From Clostridia bacterium (GTDB lineage Bacteria; Bacillota; Clostridia; RUG12999): a DNA stretch of 52,105 nucleotides. The stretch is taken from positions 1 to 52,105 of the forward strand of contig JAZSKI010000017.1 in the NCBI GenBank assembly GCA_045534775.1, given 5' to 3'. Below are positions 18,430 through 26,232 of the stretch, one piece after another (the stretch's first letter is position 1; each line of letters starts with the position of its first letter). Both the position numbers and the translations under genes were made by a program. The notes below the pieces were generated by a model. That model saw nothing but the letters and a program-made list of their open reading frames with translations. It did no database searches and was not told where the DNA came from.

Positions 18430-19341
18430 TCATTCAAATACTTTTTGCCATGCCTTTATAAAAAAGGCTGTTTTTGAATTCCAAAAGCCTTTTTCATATT
18501 TTTCCCACTTCTCGGCATAGCATTTATATATTTCATCTCCGAATAAATCAAACATCACCTTCAGCTGTGCTATGTGAAGCTTATGATAAAACGGACTGCA
18601 AATCCTTTTTCCGTACTCATATTTACTCCAGAATTTCAAATCAAATTCGGGCAATCGGGCTTTTAAGGTATCCAGGGTTTTGTTTAACACCGACAAAACC
18701 TCGGTATCATCAATATATTTTGTATAATCATATAATCCCCATAATAAAAATATCCAGCCGTTCAGGATAAGCGGGTCATGGGTACATTCATACAAATATA
18801 CGCCACCGTCCGAATAATTTGTCGTGCCGCCCTCCGATATTGGTTTAAGCATAAAATCCTTTGCTTTTTTTATTGCCGCGAAATATTTTTCGTCTTTGGT
18901 CTCAATATGTGCTCTTATAAGCATTGAGATACCTTCGCCCTGCGCCATTGAAGAATACGGATGCTTCGGGCTTTCATACTCAAAGGTACTCCACCCGCCG
19001 TCCGGCTGCTGATTTTCCACAGCCCAGTCTGCACAGGCAATAAGCTTCGTTTTATACCTTTCTTCCTTTGTTTTAAGATACAAATCATACGCTCCGAGAC
19101 CGTACTGGAAAATTCCGATTGAAAAATATATCTCCTCGCCCGTATCTACGTGATATTTAGGTACAAGAATTTCCGGGTTATCCTTTGTAACCTTTTCTGT
19201 TAAATCATTATAATATCCCTGTATTTCGGTTTTGGAATAACAAGTCCCCTCGCCTTGATTGACGTGAGAAATGCTTTTCCCCGTCAGCATCTTATACCAT
19301 TTTTTTATCTTATAAACAGAAACGCCCATACTCTTACTCAC
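18430..19341 (-). CDS. D-glucuronyl C5-epimerase C-terminal-domain homologue
   Basis: 303 aa. DGGW...YSSMAQGEGISMLIRAH and NGW.F.L.GLYDY match the animal heparosan glucuronyl C5-epimerase family signature as I recall it. Confidence 0.65.
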   Translation of the reverse strand: MSKSMGVSVYKIKKWYKMLTGKSISHVNQGEGTCYSKTEIQGYYNDLTEKVTKDNPEILVPKYHVDTGEEIYFSIGIFQYGLGAYDLYLKTKEERYKTKLIACADWAVENQQPDGGWSTFEYESPKHPYSSMAQGEGISMLIRAHIETKDEKYFAAIKKAKDFMLKPISEGGTTNYSDGGVYLYECTHDPLILNGWIFLLWGLYDYTKYIDDTEVLSVLNKTLDTLKARLPEFDLKFWSKYEYGKRICSPFYHKLHIAQLKVMFDLFGDEIYKCYAEKWEKYEKGFWNSKTAFFIKAWQKVFE

Positions 19342-20380
19342 CCTCTATTTTATCAATTAACACCTTAACGGCCCGGTCTGTCTGATATTTTTTTGCTTCT
19401 TTTATACAGTTTCCCTTCATATCCAAAAGAATTTTCGGGTCTGAAGCCGCCTGCATAAGTATATCTTCAAATTCCTTCAAATTATCAAATTCGTATCCTA
19501 TTCCCGTTTCTCCGTCCTTCACCACATCAGAAAAGCTTTGCCATTTTGCACAGATAACCGGAATCCCTGCCCCATAGGCATCTATTATCGTCCCCGGGAT
19601 TCCTTCCGTATAAAAATGCGTCGGAAACAAAAGTGCATAATAGTCCTTTAACGCTGTTACGCTTTTATTTGCTTCCACAAAGCCTTTATAGCTTATATAA
19701 TCAGGAAAGCTCTTTTGCTGTTCTTCAAACCACGTTTTGCTTTCCTCCCATATCTGACCGTATATATCAAGGGAAAAAGCTGTATATCCCACTTGTTCGT
19801 TTACTTTTTTAATTATGTCAACCGCTGTCGCTATTCCCTTCTCCTTCATAACCCGGGAAAAGGTACATAATTTCAGCGGTGTGGTTTTGGGATAAATCAG
19901 CTCGCCCTCTGACAGAACCTCTAATTTTTTGCAGTTGGGTAAAATCTCAAGATTTTCAAGTCCCATATTTTCCAGCGCTTTTTTCATAGTAGCCGTTTCC
20001 ACGTAAACTCCACGGAATTTCTTAAGCCCTTCTATCAGCCATTTTTTATCCTCCGCAAATTTGGGCAGCCACCCTCCGATTACCACATAGTGTAATTTTT
20101 TTCTGAAAAAAAAGTTCCATACCCGCAGAAGCGGAACCAAAAGCTTAAGTCCGTTTTCCACCGGCATCATTATCAAATTATCGCATTTCGCCAAAACACA
20201 AGGGATTTTCAAGAGGAAATACGGGATTTTCCTGATACCGCCTGCCAAATCAAGCTTAAGCACGTTTTCTTCTCCAAGCCTGCTTTCAAGCTCTTCGGTT
20301 ATGATTTTAGTCTTTACGGTCTGCCCGTTGAGCAAAGTCTTTCCAAAGCCAAAATGCCCTATTACGCATATTTTGCTCAT
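19334..20380 (-). CDS. Family 4 (GT-B) glycosyltransferase
   Basis: FPT..YTEGIPGTIIDAYGAGIPVI......ETG (EX7E region). ATG 20380 follows GAGGTG; the ORF-track GTG at 20392 overlaps the upstream stop. Confidence 0.8.
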   Translation of the reverse strand: MSKICVIGHFGFGKTLLNGQTVKTKIITEELESRLGEENVLKLDLAGGIRKIPYFLLKIPCVLAKCDNLIMMPVENGLKLLVPLLRVWNFFFRKKLHYVVIGGWLPKFAEDKKWLIEGLKKFRGVYVETATMKKALENMGLENLEILPNCKKLEVLSEGELIYPKTTPLKLCTFSRVMKEKGIATAVDIIKKVNEQVGYTAFSLDIYGQIWEESKTWFEEQQKSFPDYISYKGFVEANKSVTALKDYYALLFPTHFYTEGIPGTIIDAYGAGIPVICAKWQSFSDVVKDGETGIGYEFDNLKEFEDILMQAASDPKILLDMKGNCIKEAKKYQTDRAVKVLIDKIEGE

Positions 20381-20388
20381 ACTGCACC

Positions 20389-21162
20389 TCACATAAAATA
20401 TTTTTTAAAGGCATTGAAGCAGAATCGGATAACATTAATACCTGCCCGCATTTTTCCTATTTTTTCGTCCTGCGTTTGTATCTCCCACACCTGCTTAATA
20501 CTTTTAAATTTATTGGAGGAAAGCGACCCGCTTGCTACTCTGTATCGTACCAAAGCTTCGTTAATTCCGCAGGCAACAGCCCCGTCTCTCAGAAGCTTAA
20601 GCCAGGTTGCATAGTCCTGACCGCCTCGTCTGAGAGGCATGCGGAAATCACCCAGCACAGCTCTGTCTATTACCACCGAGGAGGTGGGAATAACCGTATT
20701 GTGTAATAAATACTTATAATCACAGGTTTCTGTAATGTTTCGTTTTGATTTTATGGTCACTCCGTTTTCATCCATCATCTCAATAGCCGTATAAGAAAAA
20801 GGAGAGCTTTTCAGGTTCATTAGCTCCAGCTGTCTTTCTGTTTTAGAGGGCAACCAGATGTCATCGCTGTCCAAAAAAGCCGCATATCTGCCCTTCGCCA
20901 GCTCCAGCGCTTTGTTACGGGCGGCTCCTGCTCCCATATTTCTTTCCTGAATAAAATACACGATTTCGGGATGAGTTTTTTGCAATTCTTTAATAATCTC
21001 TGCCGAGCTATCCTTTGAACAGTCATCTACCAACACAATTTCTATGTTTTTATAGGTTTGATTAAATATTGAATCCAGCGCGGCGGTTAAGTGTTTTTCC
21101 GCATTATATATGGGCATAATAACCGACACAAGCCCTTCAGCATATTCTCTGTTCATCTGCAC
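20389..21162 (-). CDS. Family 2 (GT-A) glycosyltransferase
   Basis: VSVIMPIYNAEKHL...QTYKNIEIVLVDDCSKDSS and FLDSDD motifs. Confidence 0.88.
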   Translation of the reverse strand: MQMNREYAEGLVSVIMPIYNAEKHLTAALDSIFNQTYKNIEIVLVDDCSKDSSAEIIKELQKTHPEIVYFIQERNMGAGAARNKALELAKGRYAAFLDSDDIWLPSKTERQLELMNLKSSPFSYTAIEMMDENGVTIKSKRNITETCDYKYLLHNTVIPTSSVVIDRAVLGDFRMPLRRGGQDYATWLKLLRDGAVACGINEALVRYRVASGSLSSNKFKSIKQVWEIQTQDEKIGKMRAGINVIRFCFNAFKKYFM

Positions 21163-21174
21163 TCCCCTACCCTA

Positions 21175-22101
21175 TCAATAAATTGGTGTAAGCCATTTTT
21201 TCAGCTTGTCATTTTTCCCCGTAGCTGCTTCCAGATATAGCTTATGAAGCTTTGCCGTTATCTCCCCTATTGTGCCGTCGCCGATAACATATTTATCTAT
21301 GGAAAGCACCGGTGTAATCTCCATTGCCGAACCGCAAAGGAAGGCTTCCCCGCAGGTATAAAGCTCGTTTCTGTCTATAGTTCTCTCAACAACGGGAACA
21401 TTATTTTCCTCTGCTAATTTAATCACCGTATCTCTTGTAATGCTTTCGAGAACACTGTCAGTCAGCAAAGGTGTGACAAGCTTCCCGCCCGATACCATAA
21501 AGAAGCATGAGCCGGGTCCTTCCGATACCTTGCCCGCCTCATTTAAAAACAAGCAGGTATCATAGCCGTTTCTTAAGGCTTCCTTCTGCCCCGCGCGGCT
21601 GTTCATATAGTTTGCGCCGCATTTAATTCTCGGTGAAAGAGTTGTATCAGAAATTCTCCGCCAGGAGGTAACACAGCAATTAAGCCCTTTTTTATTATAT
21701 TCCGCACTTGTTTTTCCCCTCGGAATAGGTGCAACGAACATATTTACGGGATCCTCCGACCCCCACGAGCCAAAGCCGTCAACAAACAAGGTCTGGCGGA
21801 CGGAAAGGTTTTCATCATATTCATTGGCTCTGACAACATCAATCAGCGCTTTTTTCAGCTCTTCTTTCGTATAGGGAACATCTATACGAAGTAATCTTGC
21901 AGAACGAATCAATCTGCTGTAGTGGTCGTCTAAACGGAAGGCATAAAGCTGTTTGTCGGTTTCATTCCAATAACAGGGAATCCCCTCAAATACATTCAGT
22001 CCGAACTGTGCTGTCGGCGCAAGAATATTCACCTTTGCGTCGTTGACATTCATAATCTCGCCTTTAAACCAAATAAATCTGTTTGCAACATCTGTTTTCA
22101 T
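21175..22101 (-). CDS. Class IV (fold-type IV) aminotransferase, branched-chain / D-amino-acid aminotransferase family
   Basis: 308 aa. FGLNVFEGIPCY, NYMNSR and VSEGPGSCFFMV..GKLVTP motifs. Confidence 0.8.
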   Translation of the reverse strand: MKTDVANRFIWFKGEIMNVNDAKVNILAPTAQFGLNVFEGIPCYWNETDKQLYAFRLDDHYSRLIRSARLLRIDVPYTKEELKKALIDVVRANEYDENLSVRQTLFVDGFGSWGSEDPVNMFVAPIPRGKTSAEYNKKGLNCCVTSWRRISDTTLSPRIKCGANYMNSRAGQKEALRNGYDTCLFLNEAGKVSEGPGSCFFMVSGGKLVTPLLTDSVLESITRDTVIKLAEENNVPVVERTIDRNELYTCGEAFLCGSAMEITPVLSIDKYVIGDGTIGEITAKLHKLYLEAATGKNDKLKKWLTPIY

Positions 22102-22113
22102 GCTGTTTCTCCT

Positions 22114-22812
22114 TTAAACCAACAATTCATCATCCGGCAAATGAGCAAGCCTTATGATTTCCTCTTCAGCCAATTTTGCGGCAGTCTCATCATCCAGCGT
22201 TTCATCTGCTTTTTCTTCATAAATATCCTGTTTTTTGAAAACCTTTGCCACGGTTCCGAAAATAATCTTTATATCAAGCCATATTCCCTGTTTTTTAAAC
22301 TTGTCTATGTACTCATTATCAAAGGTTACCTTTTCGTCCCAGTTATTTTCGTTTCTTCCCTTTATCTGAGCAAGTCCCGTTATCCCCGCTTTGACCTCAA
22401 ACCTTTTCTTATATTTTTTGTTCAGGGTGTCATAATCGCCTAACTCATATATAACAGGAGGTCTCGGTCCTACTATGGACAAATCTCCTTTGATTACGTT
22501 TATAAGCTGCGGCAGTTCATCTATACTGCTGCTTCTCAGCCATTTCCCCGATTTTGTTACTCTGGGGTCATTTTCAAAATTAAAAAGTCCCGATCCCATA
22601 TTTTCAGCATCCATAACCATAGTTCTCAGCTTATACATCTTAAAAACTCGCCCGCCTCTTGTTCTGCGGTCCTGTATAAAAAAAATCGGGCCCCTGCTGT
22701 CAATTTTTATTATAATTGCAGCTATCAATAAAAGCGGTGACAGCACCAACAATGCCAATGAGCAGCATACTATATCCATAATTCTTTTTAAAAACAGATT
22801 AAAAGAATACAT
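22114..22812 (-). CDS. Initiating undecaprenyl-phosphate sugar-phosphate transferase (small bacterial sugar transferase, EpsL/PglC-like)
   Basis: Single N-terminal TM helix plus the DELPQLINVIKGDLSIVGPRP signature. Confidence 0.88.
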   Translation of the reverse strand: MYSFNLFLKRIMDIVCCSLALLVLSPLLLIAAIIIKIDSRGPIFFIQDRRTRGGRVFKMYKLRTMVMDAENMGSGLFNFENDPRVTKSGKWLRSSSIDELPQLINVIKGDLSIVGPRPPVIYELGDYDTLNKKYKKRFEVKAGITGLAQIKGRNENNWDEKVTFDNEYIDKFKKQGIWLDIKIIFGTVAKVFKKQDIYEEKADETLDDETAAKLAEEEIIRLAHLPDDELLV

Positions 22813-22829
22813 ACATTGCCTCCTCTTTT

Positions 22830-24050
22830 TTAAAAAGTATATGTATGAAAAATATCATCAAAATTTTCTTTCCTTTTAATTACCTGAGCCTCTTCACCGC
22901 CTATATCTATGATGGGGAAATTAGGTAATATAAACGGAGGTTTCATAACTATGGAATAAGAACCGCAATTGGAAAATATTATATAATCCCCTACCGCTAT
23001 TTCTCCTTCAAATCCGCGGTACATAACATCATTTTCAATGCAGGTATAGCCCACAATATCCGCACCTTTGTAATATTTCCCTTCCCCGCCCGTTGAAACA
23101 ACCTTTATGGGAGGATTTACGTTTCCCATACTGATATTTTTCTGGCTGCCGAGAATCGTAATAAAGGTTTTCCCCCGTACCTCTTTTATTGTCTCAACTC
23201 TGCCGACAAATCGCATAGAGTCGCCTGCCAGAGCCGAGCCGGGTTCTATAATAAGCTCAGGTAGCTCATCAGGAAATTCTTTGGCGATAACCGCCCCCGC
23301 TTCCCGCGCATAATCCTTATATGACGGAATCCGATAGCTGAACTGCTCTTTCAGGGATTCTTCCATATTCCCGTATATTCCGCCGCCTAAATCTATCCTT
23401 TCAGGCAAATAGCCCATAATTTTCGATACCTGTTTTACAAGCTGCGCCATTCCCGTCGCACGTTTATGCCAATATTCAACATTTCTTTTGGCAAAATGAC
23501 ATTGAAGGCTGATTAAATGTACATTACTCAGCCCCTCAATAAATTTAACAGTATTTAAAAATTCATCGCTTTCCGAATCTATGCCAAAACGCGAAACAAC
23601 GCCGTCACCTACGTCAAAATTACATCTGATTCCAACGTTAAAGATGCGGCCTGTGCAGCTTTCCGATAATTCCTTGATCATTTCCAGTTCATGCACGGAA
23701 TCAATATTTATTGTTCCTCCTGTCAAAAGAAGCTCTTTTGCTTTTAAAGAATCCTTAACAGGGCCGTTCCAGATAATTTTTGAAGGCGGCACTCCTACCC
23801 GCAAAGCAATCTCCAGCTCCATATCTGAAACCACTTCACCGTACCCGCCTTTTTTATTAACTATTTTACAAAGCTTTGGTGTATAATTAGTCTTATACGA
23901 ATATGCAATATTAAAATTCGGATATATTTTTTTAAATTCCCGGCTCAGTCTTTCATAATTTTCTTCAAAAATTTTTGAATCCAATATGTAAAAGGCATTG
24001 CCGAATTTTTCCGATAGCTCTTCAAGCCTTTCTCTCGTTATATCACACAT
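22830..24050 (-). CDS. PLP-dependent decarboxylase, Orn/DAP/Arg decarboxylase (fold-type III) family
   Basis: 406 aa. AYSYKTNY (PLP-Lys region), IDLGGG, EPGSALAGD and CGSYS motifs in DAP-decarboxylase order. Confidence 0.75.
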   Translation of the reverse strand: MCDITRERLEELSEKFGNAFYILDSKIFEENYERLSREFKKIYPNFNIAYSYKTNYTPKLCKIVNKKGGYGEVVSDMELEIALRVGVPPSKIIWNGPVKDSLKAKELLLTGGTINIDSVHELEMIKELSESCTGRIFNVGIRCNFDVGDGVVSRFGIDSESDEFLNTVKFIEGLSNVHLISLQCHFAKRNVEYWHKRATGMAQLVKQVSKIMGYLPERIDLGGGIYGNMEESLKEQFSYRIPSYKDYAREAGAVIAKEFPDELPELIIEPGSALAGDSMRFVGRVETIKEVRGKTFITILGSQKNISMGNVNPPIKVVSTGGEGKYYKGADIVGYTCIENDVMYRGFEGEIAVGDYIIFSNCGSYSIVMKPPFILPNFPIIDIGGEEAQVIKRKENFDDIFHTYTF

Positions 24051-24879
24051 TTGTTTTCTCCTTGATTTTGTTTACAATCATATCGACACATTCGGCGATA
24101 TTTTTTATATTCTGTTTAAATGTGATTTCCGATACTTTTCTGATTGAATGCTCATATTCACGGAATATAAACATTCTTTTTCTGAAGCTTTCTTCAAATT
24201 CCTCTATGCTGTCAAAATCCTCAGCCTTACAGAAGCTTCTGGATAAAATCGACATTTTCGAACCAAGCCTGTAATGCTCCATAACTATTTTCTCCGAAGG
24301 CAAAAGACCCTCACCTATGCAGGCAACTCCTCCAAAGCCGTATTTTATACCTTTGTTTTTCATCTTATTGCAAAGCTCTTCAACCAGTCCATCGGCTAGA
24401 AGCTCAAACATAAAGGTCTTTTTATAGCTCAAATGCAAATCATTTAAGCCTATATGTATTTCGCTGAGCATGGGATGCTCCAATACCTCATCAATACATT
24501 CGACTGCTTCTTTTGTTTCAAGCAGAAGAATAGTCGGCACGCGGTTGTTTACAGCTCTGAAAAACCTGTCAACCTCATCACAGGTCTTCCACATAGGAAG
24601 CATTATACATTGAGCTCCCGCCTCAATTACATCATTTATTTCCTTTTCAGAATTTTCATTCCAGGGGTTTATCCTTACCAATAATTCCGATTTTGTAAGA
24701 ATTTTTGATATTTTTCTTACATCCTCCACTGTATGCGTTGACTTAACAGTGTCCATATTTCTTTGTCTTTCTTTTTTGCCGATTGTCTCCAAATCAATCC
24801 ACACACGTGCCACACCGTATTTTTCCGCAATCAATGCCACGTCCGGATTGTTTGTTATATACATAAATTCCAGAGCCAC
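24043..24879 (-). CDS. HpcH/HpaI aldolase / citrate-lyase-beta-like TIM-barrel protein (first gene of the operon)
   Basis: 278 aa. WIDLE...R.N...E...A.....MLPM....E......LLLET.EA pattern. Start is either GTG 24879 or ATG 24864. Confidence 0.55.
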   Translation of the reverse strand: MALEFMYITNNPDVALIAEKYGVARVWIDLETIGKKERQRNMDTVKSTHTVEDVRKISKILTKSELLVRINPWNENSEKEINDVIEAGAQCIMLPMWKTCDEVDRFFRAVNNRVPTILLLETKEAVECIDEVLEHPMLSEIHIGLNDLHLSYKKTFMFELLADGLVEELCNKMKNKGIKYGFGGVACIGEGLLPSEKIVMEHYRLGSKMSILSRSFCKAEDFDSIEEFEESFRKRMFIFREYEHSIRKVSEITFKQNIKNIAECVDMIVNKIKEKTNV

Positions 24880-24924
24880 TATTAAATCACTGCCTTTCTA
24901 AAAACAACAGAAGCGTTAAAACAA

Positions 24925-24950
24925 GGGGGCCTTTATATAATACCCCCCCC
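24925..24950 (-). promoter_or_regulatory. 5'-terminal G8/C5 hairpin in the polysaccharide-operon leader (stabiliser or attenuator candidate)
   Basis: Minus-strand reading: aaaaaaa-gggggggg-tattatataaag-gccccc-ttgtttt. C8 homopolymer at 24943..24950. Confidence 0.5.
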
Positions 24951-24957
24951 TTTTTTT

Positions 24958-24986
24958 ATTTTAGCATATCTTTGGCTTTTTGTCAA
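24958..24986 (-). promoter_or_regulatory. Sigma-A-type promoter of the polysaccharide operon (TTGACA-17-TAAAAT)
   Basis: Minus-strand TTGACA = 24981..24986 and TAAAAT = 24958..24963, with a 17-bp spacer. Confidence 0.6.
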
Positions 24987-25025
24987 GAGAAAGATGGTTT
25001 TATCTCTTTTTTAACAGTAAAAAAA

Positions 25026-25069
25026 GCCTCCCGGTTTTTGTGCAAACTGCATAAAAACCGAGGGCTTTT
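25026..25069. terminator. dprA terminator (bidirectional-looking imperfect hairpin)
   Basis: aaaaa-gcctcccggttttt ... aaaaaccgagggc-tttt immediately downstream of the dprA stop. Confidence 0.6.
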
Positions 25070-25075
25070 CCTATG

Positions 25076-26209
25076 TTACTTTAAGGTATATGTATTTTGC
25101 GATGTCCGTTTAATTTTATCCTTCATCTCAAGCAAGGTAATAATTCCATTTACCGCCGATATCGGTTTTTGCACCTTCGCCGCAATCTCATCAATGGTTT
25201 TGGGAAATTCTCTTATGGAATTAATTACTGCCAGCTCATCAGCCGAAATCCCTTCAACAGTCTGCGGCATATCAAATTCAATAGAATTCATATTAAACTT
25301 GCTTGCTCTTATTAAACCGGGATAAATATTCTCATATTCTTCAATTAAATCCTTTGCTTTTGTTATAGGCTTTGCAATAGTTTTAATAAGCTCATTGGGT
25401 CCTTCTGCGTTAGGATTTTTAATATCTCCCGGTACTGCAAAAACATCCCGTTCAGAGTCAAATGCCAGTCTTGCCGTCTTTATGCTGTTTCCGGCGACCG
25501 CGGATTCCACCAGCACCGTTGCAACGGAAATTCCCGCTATAATTCTGTTACGCTCTGCAAAATTCCCTGCAAAGGCACCTGTTTCAAAAGCATATTCGGA
25601 AATGACCGCACCGCTGTTCAGTATTTTGAACATAAGCTCTTTATTGCCTCTTGGATAAACCTTGTTAACGCCGCTTACAAGAGCTGCTGTAGTTTTTCCG
25701 CCTACCGATAATGCCCCTTCGTGGGCAGCTTTTTCAATTCCGTCAGATAATCCGCCCACTACGGTTACGCCCTCGCAGGCAAGCTCTCTTGCAAGTCTGT
25801 AAGCTGTTTCCTCGCCCGTACGACTGCATCTTTTCGTTCCTATTATAGAAACATAAAGCTCCTCGTTGGGCTTAAAATGGTCGCCTCTTACATAAAGCAG
25901 CAGAGGCGGTGCATGGATTGCCCTCAGATTTTTAGGATAGTCCTCCGCATCCATCGTCAGAAATGATACATTATAGTTATTTGCAAACCACATTTCACTT
26001 TCAGCCTTTGATAAATCCTTGTTCATAAGTGCTTCGATTACTTCATCACTTTTTATACCATATTGCTTCAAATCAGCGCGATTAGCCCTGAACAGCTTTT
26101 CAACATTGCCGACATTCCTGTAAATATCACGTGCCGTAGCCCGTCTTGTCCCCATTGCGTTTACAAACCAAAGATGATACATTATATTTTCAAATTTTTT
26201 CTTATCCAC
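25076..26209 (-). CDS. dprA: DNA-processing protein DprA (Smf)
   Basis: 377 aa. Rossmann-like DprA core (IIGTKRCS..GE, VVGGLSDGIE..AH.GAL, VFAVPG) plus a C-terminal winged-helix domain. Confidence 0.9.
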   Translation of the reverse strand: MDKKKFENIMYHLWFVNAMGTRRATARDIYRNVGNVEKLFRANRADLKQYGIKSDEVIEALMNKDLSKAESEMWFANNYNVSFLTMDAEDYPKNLRAIHAPPLLLYVRGDHFKPNEELYVSIIGTKRCSRTGEETAYRLARELACEGVTVVGGLSDGIEKAAHEGALSVGGKTTAALVSGVNKVYPRGNKELMFKILNSGAVISEYAFETGAFAGNFAERNRIIAGISVATVLVESAVAGNSIKTARLAFDSERDVFAVPGDIKNPNAEGPNELIKTIAKPITKAKDLIEEYENIYPGLIRASKFNMNSIEFDMPQTVEGISADELAVINSIREFPKTIDEIAAKVQKPISAVNGIITLLEMKDKIKRTSQNTYTLK

Positions 26210-26232
26210 AGTAACATCACCTATATCTTATT

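Noticed and set aside
24925-24957. Plus-strand intrinsic terminator (GGGGGC...CCCCCCCC followed by T7)
   Set aside because: No plus-strand gene ends upstream of it. The element is better explained as the 5' hairpin of the minus-strand operon leader, although it could also block antisense read-through.
9967-24986. Genomic island or mobile element carrying the polysaccharide locus
   Set aside because: I saw no integrase, transposase, flanking tRNA or direct repeats at the borders. By eye the composition is similar to the neighbouring core genes. It is accessory in function, but there is no evidence of mobility in this window.
24972-25325. 117-aa plus-strand ORF spanning the dprA terminator and the dprA 3' end
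   Set aside because: It starts within the EPS promoter region, crosses a terminator hairpin and overlaps dprA antisense. It has no RBS.
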